A stretch of 40,182 bases of DNA from Halorussus marinus (lineage in GTDB: Archaea; Halobacteriota; Halobacteria; Halobacteriales; Haladaptataceae): NCBI RefSeq assembly GCF_004765795.1, contig NZ_SBIV01000006.1, forward strand, positions 248,001-288,182. Reading direction: 5' to 3'. Below the pieces are notes generated by a model. It made no database searches and was not told where the DNA came from. It saw only the letters and a list, made by a program, of their open reading frames with translations. Of the stretch, positions 29,286-35,889 are shown in pieces (positions within the stretch are counted from its first letter, which is position 1; every line of letters starts with the position of its first letter). The translations under genes were made by a program, and so were the position numbers.

Positions 29286-30410
29286 TCACTCAAGATCGTC
29301 GAGGTAGCTACGGCGCGATTCCATCCGCCGGAGCAGCTCCGGGTGATCGTAGTGCTGCCGAATCGTCTCCGGCGTCGCGTTCACCTTCTCAGCCAGCACC
29401 TCCGGCGGCCACCCGCAGTCGCGATGCCACGTAATCGAACCCGTCCGGATCCTGTGCGGCGACCGCGCCGACGGGCACCGCTGCTCGCGACCGTGGTCGA
29501 GCGCCTCGCACTCGTCCGGGTCGCGGTTGTGGGGGCAGGTCCCGTACCGACACGGCTGAGTCACGATGTAAAACCGCCGCCGAATCCCGCCCTTCGACAT
29601 CCGTCCGCCGCCCTTCTCCGAAGCAAACAGCGGACGACGACCGTATTCGTCCTCGACGCTCGGTCGATTGAACTCGATGAAATCTCGCAAGATCCGGCCG
29701 AGCTCGTCGGTCAGCGACACCGGGCGCTCACCCTCGCTCTGGTTCTTCAACGGCGTATCCGACTCCGGGCGATGCCGGAAGAACACGAACGGGACCGAAA
29801 CCTCGTCGGTCAGTCCGTCACCATCACCCAGATCGGCCTCCTTGAACAGGCCCTCCTCTTCGAGATTCTCCTCGTGGGCGAGCCGTTCGATGTCGCTCTC
29901 TTCCAGATAGCAGTCCCTGACGTCCAGCGCGTGGAGTGCGCCGAGGCGACAGCCCGTCTCCCACGCCAGCGCGAACAGCGCGTGGTCGACGCTCGCCCGC
30001 TCGAACCGTTCGAGCTTCTCCTGGATGGTCTTCGCGCGGCTCGTCGTGAGCTTCTCACGGTTCGCGCGCTCGGCCTTCGTGAGCGCCGGCACGTCGAGCG
30101 CCCGCGAGAGACCGTCCTCGACCGCGTCGATGTCCTCGCAGAAGTCGAGGAACAGCCGGAGCGTCCCGAGCTGGTTGTTCAGCGTCGACGAATTCAGCTC
30201 TTCACCGCGGCGGTGCGAGTCGAACCGGTAGAGGGTGCGACCGTCGAGCGAGTTCAGGTTCTCGATGCCCTCCTGTTCACACCATCGAACGAACTGATCC
30301 ATCCGATAGCGGTAACTCTGAACCGTCTCCCGGGCCTTCTCGGACTTCTGGCGTTCGATCCACATCTCCATCGCCTCGCGCGGCGCGAGCGGCTGGAGGT
30401 CCTCACTCAT
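29286..30410 (-). CDS. SNJ2-like tyrosine integrase
   Basis: LQPLAPREA N-terminus; catalytic-type GCRLG, PLKN, SPHRIR, HYD; Cys cluster QPC..CPH..C..CP typical of the haloarchaeal SNJ2-type family. Confidence 0.92.
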   Translation of the reverse strand: MSEDLQPLAPREAMEMWIERQKSEKARETVQSYRYRMDQFVRWCEQEGIENLNSLDGRTLYRFDSHRRGEELNSSTLNNQLGTLRLFLDFCEDIDAVEDGLSRALDVPALTKAERANREKLTTSRAKTIQEKLERFERASVDHALFALAWETGCRLGALHALDVRDCYLEESDIERLAHEENLEEEGLFKEADLGDGDGLTDEVSVPFVFFRHRPESDTPLKNQSEGERPVSLTDELGRILRDFIEFNRPSVEDEYGRRPLFASEKGGGRMSKGGIRRRFYIVTQPCRYGTCPHNRDPDECEALDHGREQRCPSARSPHRIRTGSITWHRDCGWPPEVLAEKVNATPETIRQHYDHPELLRRMESRRSYLDDLE

Positions 30411-30990
30411 TCAGCATCGCCTCCTCGGCGTCGACGACGCGCTTGAACCGCGATTCGTCCCCACCCGCATCCGGGTGGTGTCTCTTCTTGAGCCGGCGCG
30501 CCGCGGCCTCCACGACCGCCGCATCGGCGTCGGGCGCGACGTCGAGGACCTCGTGGGGCGGCTCGCGCGCGACGAGGGCGTCGGTCCCGTCCTCGCCCGA
30601 CGGGAGCCGGGCGTTCGCGAACTCCGACTCGCCGGTCTCGACGGGACGCTGTTCCATCATGCGCTTCTCGTGGACGTAGAGATAGAGCGTGCGCAGATTG
30701 TCCCGGAGCCGCGAATAGGCGTCGCAGGCGACCGCGTACCGCCTGCCGTTCATGGTCCACCGGACCACTGCACCGGGGTCGTCGGGGCTCGCGTCCGCGT
30801 ACGGGTACTTCGGATTCTGCTTCTGGTGGCGCGCGGCGGTCGCGAGCTGCCACCCGTCCGCGTTCAGTCGGTCGAACTCGGTTTCGAGATCGTCGACGGT
30901 CTCGCGCACCGTCGCGCCGTAGTGGTTGTTTCGCGTCCGCTCGGCCGGCTCGGTACGCCCGAAGTCGGTCGGCCAGTCGAGCGCGGTCAC
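30403..30990 (-). CDS. Virus/MGE-type protein with C-terminal J-domain
   Basis: PHEVLDV...RRLKKRHHPDAGG..RFKRV; N-domain AVACDAY..LRDNLR; GTG start; 8-nt overlap with the integrase start. Confidence 0.85.
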   Translation of the reverse strand: MTALDWPTDFGRTEPAERTRNNHYGATVRETVDDLETEFDRLNADGWQLATAARHQKQNPKYPYADASPDDPGAVVRWTMNGRRYAVACDAYSRLRDNLRTLYLYVHEKRMMEQRPVETGESEFANARLPSGEDGTDALVAREPPHEVLDVAPDADAAVVEAAARRLKKRHHPDAGGDESRFKRVVDAEEAMLNE

Positions 30991-31112
30991 GGCGATTCCT
31001 CCTCGTTCATGATCCGCTGGAGAACCTCATCGAACGATTCTCCGGGTTCTTTCGCACGATTCAGCCGTTTCCATGTGTCCGCGGAAACAGACACGGTGGT
31101 CATATCTTCCAT
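30987..31112 (-). CDS. RHH-like microprotein A, 41 aa (not in ORF track)
   Basis: MEDMTTVSVSADTWKRLNRAKEPGESFDEVLQRIMNEEESP; strand-helix-helix pattern; GTGA overlap with the J-domain gene. Confidence 0.8.
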   Translation of the reverse strand: MEDMTTVSVSADTWKRLNRAKEPGESFDEVLQRIMNEEESP

Positions 31113-31120
31113 AGTATCTC

Positions 31121-31158
31121 AGTTCTATAATTCTATGAATATAGTTCTATTGTTCTAT
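31121..31158. promoter_or_regulatory. Direct-repeat operator between the divergent RHH-like genes
   Basis: TTCTAT four times (31123, 31131, 31145, 31153), forming AGTTCTATAATTCTAT and AGTTCTATTGTTCTAT 22 bp apart. Confidence 0.65.
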
Positions 31159-31219
31159 AGTAACACAGTACTCGATTGCACCCAAAAGCCCATATCCTAC
31201 AGCGCCCACTGATTCGACA

Positions 31220-31345
31220 ATGGCCGACGACGTGACCTCGATACAGGTGCGCAACGAGACGTGGCAGGAACTGAACGCCCGGAAAGCACCGGGCGACACC
31301 TTCGACGACGTAATCCAGCGCCTCCTGGACCAAGCCGACGAGTAG
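31220..31345 (+). CDS. RHH-like microprotein B, 41 aa (not in ORF track)
   Basis: MADDVTSIQVRNETWQELNARKAPGDTFDDVIQRLLDQADE; clear paralogue of microprotein A. Confidence 0.82.
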   Translation: MADDVTSIQVRNETWQELNARKAPGDTFDDVIQRLLDQADE

Positions 31346-31417
31346 GTCTTCATTCTCTCATCTCCCGCCAGCTATCGGCGGTACGCGGATCGGGACTACC
31401 AGCGCAGTCGAGCGCGA

Positions 31418-31714
31418 TCATTCGCCGTCACCCCCCGGTCCCTGGTCCTCGGGCTGGGTGTCGTAGAACCCGCCGCCCATCTGGCGGAGCATCGTGCCGT
31501 CGACCTGCGTCACCTGAAAGACGTCGAGGCCGTCCGCGCGAGCCTTCTCGCGGGCCTCCTGCTTGATCGTCCCGAGCTTCATCCCGCCGTCGAGGTCGAT
31601 CTCGTACTCGCGGGACGCGAGCGGTCCGATCCGCCGGACCGTCACCGTCGTCGTCTCGCCTTCGATCACCTGTTCGTCGCCGTCGCTGTCGTCGTGGTCG
31701 ATAGATTCAGGCAT
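31418..31714 (-). CDS. Hypothetical MGE protein, 98 aa
   Basis: Acidic ORF whose start overlaps the upstream stop by 8 nt. Confidence 0.7.
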   Translation of the reverse strand: MPESIDHDDSDGDEQVIEGETTTVTVRRIGPLASREYEIDLDGGMKLGTIKQEAREKARADGLDVFQVTQVDGTMLRQMGGGFYDTQPEDQGPGGDGE

Positions 31715-31910
31715 TGTTCATCCTCCATGTCGTTTCGCACCCGCACTCCAGACACTCAGCCACCCGATACGGCTCGCGCGAGAATGTCGAAGCGCCCTCC
31801 GCCCGCATCTCGATCGTCACCGAGTGCGGCGTCTCGTCCTCGCAGTCGTCACATTCCTCACTGCGGTCGACCGTCATCCGCGGGTCACCCGTCTGTCGTG
31901 TCGAACTCAC
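31707..31910 (-). CDS. Small zinc-ribbon protein
   Basis: CDDC..ETPH..SREPYRVAECLECG..RMNNA; GTGA overlap with the upstream gene. Confidence 0.8.
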   Translation of the reverse strand: MSSTRQTGDPRMTVDRSEECDDCEDETPHSVTIEMRAEGASTFSREPYRVAECLECGCETTWRMNNA

Positions 31911-32665
31911 GTCGACTCACCACCGAGGACATCGAGGACGTCCCGGAGCATCTCCTCGTCCGCACGCTCCGCCCGAGCGACGATCTCCCGCTGAAGGTCG
32001 TGACGCGAATCCTCACGGCTCGGCCACGGCACGTTGTGAACCTCCGTCCAGAGCTCGTACATCGAATCCTCCTCGAGCCGGACCACCACGCGATCGCCGT
32101 CCTCCGACGTGAACCGAAGCGCCCACTCGCCGCTGTTCGCTCCAGCAGGGCCGTAAGCAACTGTCCGAGCGGGGCCAACGCGTAGCGTCCGCGTTTCGAA
32201 GCCACCGTCGGTCCGAATCTCGTCAGATTCGGTCTCCGCGCCGGATTCATTGCCAACCACTCGGAGGTCGAAGGAACTACCGCGGCAGTCAACGTGTTCC
32301 TGAACTTCCGTGTTGCACTCGGTGCACTCCCAGCCGACGATGTGGCCGTCGTGTTCGTCGGTGTGGGCGGTCCCAAGATACCGCGCATCAATGGCGTCCT
32401 CGCAGTTGGGGCAGTCAAGTCGCGTAAGTTGGTCGGCGGTCTCCTCCCCGCCATCGGCCAGCGCCCGCCGCTCGCTGTCGCCAGCGAGGTCGCGCGCGGT
32501 CGCCGTACTGGCCGAGCACCCGCACGGCGCGAAACTGTGAGAGGACGGACCGCTCGTCACCAGCGCCAACACTGGCTCGCCGCATTCCGGGCAAACAGCG
32601 TAGTTCTCTGACGATTCCGCCGGTCGGTCGGGGCTTTCATTACCCCGCGTAGCGTTGTTAAACAC
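31907..32665 (-). CDS. Modular zinc-finger MGE protein, about 252 aa
   Basis: Proposed GTG start at 32665 (VFNNATRGNES); CPEC..PCGC, CPNC..CTEC; ADGG and TDGG linkers. The upstream part of the 618-aa track ORF is antisense to other genes. Confidence 0.65.
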   Translation of the reverse strand: MFNNATRGNESPDRPAESSENYAVCPECGEPVLALVTSGPSSHSFAPCGCSASTATARDLAGDSERRALADGGEETADQLTRLDCPNCEDAIDARYLGTAHTDEHDGHIVGWECTECNTEVQEHVDCRGSSFDLRVVGNESGAETESDEIRTDGGFETRTLRVGPARTVAYGPAGANSGEWALRFTSEDGDRVVVRLEEDSMYELWTEVHNVPWPSREDSRHDLQREIVARAERADEEMLRDVLDVLGGEST

Positions 32666-32814
32666 GGTTGCAGCACCTGGTTTGCTGGAACCACTGCGGG
32701 CCGGTGCTGGATCCACCGGCTCGCGTATTCTGCCAACCTGAATGTCGGCAGAGTGGCGAGTATCTGCGGACCTTGACGGCCCGCGAGTCGTTCCTATCTC
32801 AACTGTTACAGTAT

Positions 32815-32874
32815 AGTCATATAAATCTGACTTTAGATCATTAGTAAAAGACAAAAAGTCATATATTCCTGTCT
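32815..32874. promoter_or_regulatory. Paired inverted-repeat operators in divergent promoter region
   Basis: AGTCA-TATAAATC-TGACT (32815-32832) and AGTCA-TATATTCC-TGTCT (32857-32874), 42 bp apart. Confidence 0.55.
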
Positions 32875-32935
32875 CCAGAGTGTATTTTTCAGACTTTACG
32901 AAGGAAATAACCGACTCTTGACCCAAGCAACTCGT

Positions 32936-33211
32936 ATGCCCCTTCGCCTCCCTGCGAATTGGATGGGTCCTGCGGATGATCGGCTTCTGGAGCTTTTGGA
33001 TGCGGAGGGACCGAGTTCCCCAACTCGAATTTCTCGGGATGATAGAATTGACCTTTCTCGCCAGCACATCAATTCCCGTCTTCGTAAATTGGAGGAGGCA
33101 GAATTTGTCACAAACCTTGGAAATGGTGTGTACTCGGTTACTGACCAGGGAGAGCAGTATCTTTCTGGAGAGTTTGACGCCCGTCATATCGAAGAGCCAG
33201 ATATAGTCTGA
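32936..33211 (+). CDS. phiH1-repressor-like winged HTH regulator
   Basis: ATG 32936; WMxxADDRLLELL..SP..I..SRLRKL..GNGVYSVTDQGEQYLSGEFDA. Confidence 0.85.
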   Translation: MPLRLPANWMGPADDRLLELLDAEGPSSPTRISRDDRIDLSRQHINSRLRKLEEAEFVTNLGNGVYSVTDQGEQYLSGEFDARHIEEPDIV

Positions 33212-33248
33212 CCGAACGCTTATCCGAGAACCACCCGTATCCAGATTC

Positions 33249-33506
33249 ATGAGCACCGAAGTCCGTCGAGAGATTCGCCTCATCGAAGAGGACGACGGAT
33301 GGTGGTCGGCCATCGACGAGGCGGTTGGTGTCGCCAGCCAAGGCGAGACTCGCGGCGAAGCTCTCGACAACCTCGACGAGGCGGTCGTCCTCCACAAAGG
33401 TGAGGCGGGCGAACCCATCGAGGACGAGGAGGCGTTCCTGCGCGACCTCGGGATCGACTCCGAGGAGATCGAGGGAGATCGCGAACCCCCCGACTTCATG
33501 AAGTAG
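33249..33506 (+). CDS. hicB: HicB-family antitoxin (short form)
   Basis: GVASQGETRGEALDNLDEAV motif; adjacent to hicA. Confidence 0.88.
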   Translation: MSTEVRREIRLIEEDDGWWSAIDEAVGVASQGETRGEALDNLDEAVVLHKGEAGEPIEDEEAFLRDLGIDSEEIEGDREPPDFMK

Positions 33507-33511
33507 CATCG

Positions 33512-33757
33512 ATGCCGACGCGAGACTTCTCCGGCCGCGATATCGTGAAGGTACTCAGCAAATTCGACTACCGACCCGTCAGTCGAGAGGGAAGCCACGT
33601 CCGACTGCGATACGATGTCCCCGAGACCGACGAAGTGCGCCTGGTGTCGGTCCCGCTGCATGACCGTATCCGGGAAGGGACGCTGCGGAACATCGCCGAC
33701 CAGTGCGGGGCCAACGACTTCGGCGAGTGGTACCGCTGGATCGACGAATACCGTTAA
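33512..33757 (+). CDS. hicA: HicA-family toxin
   Basis: FSGRDIVKVL, REGSH, VSVPLH, GTLRNI. Confidence 0.9.
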   Translation: MPTRDFSGRDIVKVLSKFDYRPVSREGSHVRLRYDVPETDEVRLVSVPLHDRIREGTLRNIADQCGANDFGEWYRWIDEYR

Positions 33758-33759
33758 AA

Positions 33760-34038
33760 TCATGCGTCGAACCCCTCCAGTCCGGTTTTCTCCGCGACGT
33801 GGTCAAGCCAGTCGGGACAGTCGAGAGCAGTTCGTTCGCCGTTCTCGTAGCCCGCGAGATATTCGGCGCTGTCGTCCTGGCGGACGCCGAACACCCACCG
33901 TCGATCGCCGAGCGAAACGTCGAGGCGGGCGGTATAATCCCGATCGTCGGTTAGCTTGACCGTTGCGAGGCGACCGTTCGGTAGATTGATTCTCCGCTTC
34001 TTACCGGTTCGTCGAACCGGGTCACCTGGTTGTGGCAT
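33760..34038 (-). CDS. Hypothetical protein, 92 aa
   Basis: ATG-started ORF filling the gap between hicA and cdc6; TATA-like TTTAAC upstream; plausible composition. Confidence 0.65.
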   Translation of the reverse strand: MPQPGDPVRRTGKKRRINLPNGRLATVKLTDDRDYTARLDVSLGDRRWVFGVRQDDSAEYLAGYENGERTALDCPDWLDHVAEKTGLEGFDA

Positions 34039-34187
34039 ATTCGGGGCGAGACAGTCACATGTTAAAGGGTCGGTGCGCAGATGAACGAAAATAACCAGGT
34101 TTTGAGGGTAGAGCTTCTCAGATGGCTGAGAAAAGACGGTAGAAGCGATGAACGAAAGTGAACGAATGAACGAATCCCGACGCCGTA

Positions 34188-35192
34188 CTACGGTTTGGAA
34201 TATCGGTAGTAGGTTCCCCGAGTCGCCCCGATCTGCTCGATCAGGTCGTACCGCTCAAGCGACTGGAGATACCGACGGCGGGTCGTTTCCGATTTCGGAT
34301 TCTGGGCACGCTTTTCGTACTCTTCGCGCAGATCGCCGGCCGCGATCTCACCGTTCTCGCGAACGATGTCATGGAGAATCTGCTGATGGGTCGAGAGGCG
34401 CTGTATGTTCCGCTCTTGAACGTCAGTCTCGGCGTCGTCGACCACGTCCTCGACCAGCCCCGGACTCAAGGTATCGAGACCCTCTCGCTGGGCACGCTCA
34501 GCGGCTCGTCGAAGGAACGCGATCGCGAGCCGAGCGTCACCGGCGGCAAGTTCCGCGATGCGGGAGATCGTCGAGTGGTCGGCAGCCCCATGTTGAAGGC
34601 CCGCGACGACGCGGGCTTCGATTATGTCGACCAGCTCGTCTGAGTGGTACTTTTGGAGCCGAATCTTCTCGGCACTCCGGACGCGTGAACTGACCCGGCT
34701 ATCCGCGTTCGAGAGAAAGTCGTCCTCGTCGACGCACACCATGAGAAGAGTGATGTGTGGTTCCTCCCAGAGAGAGACGATCACCGATGGGTCTGCGAGC
34801 ACGTCGACCTCGTCGAGGATCACGACCATGTGCTCGTCGAGATGCCTGAGTTTGTCGAGGTACTGTGTCGTCGACGCCGATTCCAGCGAGAGATCGATTC
34901 CGAGACCGGCGTCTCGAAAGAGCGCGTGAAACGCCCCTGACATTGATGAGTCCGAGAGACAGTTGACATAGCCACTTCGGACGCTGAGCGTGGCGCTCTT
35001 GAGCTGTCCGACCGTGTACTGGGCCAGTGTGGTCTTTCCCGCTCCGGAAGGCCCCGTGATAAGTGTATTCTGTCCGGAGAGGTTCTGCTGTATCGGTTTG
35101 AGACAACTCGAAAGATGCTCGATTTCGCCATCGCGGTGGTGCAACTCGGACGGGATGAAAATTGGCCGGAGGGCGCGAGCGTCCGTAATCAT
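34188..35192 (-). CDS. cdc6: Orc1/Cdc6 family protein (short, island-associated type)
   Basis: LHHRDGEI, Walker A GPSGAGKTT, YVNC, Walker B ILDEVD, GDARLAI, C-terminal winged helix. Confidence 0.93.
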   Translation of the reverse strand: MITDARALRPIFIPSELHHRDGEIEHLSSCLKPIQQNLSGQNTLITGPSGAGKTTLAQYTVGQLKSATLSVRSGYVNCLSDSSMSGAFHALFRDAGLGIDLSLESASTTQYLDKLRHLDEHMVVILDEVDVLADPSVIVSLWEEPHITLLMVCVDEDDFLSNADSRVSSRVRSAEKIRLQKYHSDELVDIIEARVVAGLQHGAADHSTISRIAELAAGDARLAIAFLRRAAERAQREGLDTLSPGLVEDVVDDAETDVQERNIQRLSTHQQILHDIVRENGEIAAGDLREEYEKRAQNPKSETTRRRYLQSLERYDLIEQIGATRGTYYRYSKP

Positions 35193-35356
35193 TCATCTGT
35201 CGATACAGGATTTTATACTATAAATTCTTATCATTTAGATATATTAATGGTATCTGTGCATTTACTAATCATCAAAAAACCTTTGCGTGATGGACTCTAT
35301 ACTACTGGTAGATGGTAAACGTACATGGCGAACCATATTGAAGGTGATACGATACT

Positions 35357-35647
35357 ATGAAACTCATCGATCCGACAGATTTCGAAATTCTAGAAGCACT
35401 TGAAGAGAATGGCCGGAATACCCCAACGAACATCGCACTTATGCTTGACAAAGATCAGGGATATGTCGCTACTCGTCTCCCTCATTTACTAAGCTACGAT
35501 CTTGTCAAGCGAATTGGGCCCGCTGAAAATAGTGGCTTGTACGAGATCACGGATCGTGGTCGACGCACAATCGAACACTGGGACGACTATGGCGACCCCG
35601 ATACGGATTTCAAGAAGCTCATTGAACAAGAGCCAAACGGTGTATAA
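35357..35647 (+). CDS. Winged HTH transcriptional regulator (phiH1-repressor-like)
   Basis: PTDFEILEAL..GRNT..NIA..RLPHL..IGPAENSGLYEITDRG; low GC. Confidence 0.85.
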   Translation: MKLIDPTDFEILEALEENGRNTPTNIALMLDKDQGYVATRLPHLLSYDLVKRIGPAENSGLYEITDRGRRTIEHWDDYGDPDTDFKKLIEQEPNGV

Positions 35648-35889
35648 ACAGTCTACTCTTCTAATAATATATCTTTTTCTATGGCTTCCTCGTTCCTCTT
35701 TTAGTTGTTGGGTGTTCCCCAAATCGCATAACTCGAAGCTAATGTTTCTATTCGCTTATTTAATTTCTACTGATGTGTGTGGTTTCCCATAGCTTTATTT
35801 GGCCCCAGTATATACCACCGGTACGTGGCCCTAGGAGATACGACCCCTAAGCAGAACTGGGTCACAGATCCGACGGTAAAACATAAAAC

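Noticed and set aside
29057..29434. 125-aa plus-strand ORF across the att region
   Set aside because: Basic composition, spans the island boundary and overlaps the integrase antisense.
32666..33763. N-terminal part of the 618-aa track ORF 31907-33763
   Set aside because: Runs antisense through hicA, hicB, the repressor and an AT-rich promoter; only the part from about 32665 looks coding.
35193..35790. Replication origin in the AT-rich stretches beside cdc6
   Set aside because: No ORB or G-string motif visible; AT richness is explained by promoters and foreign origin.
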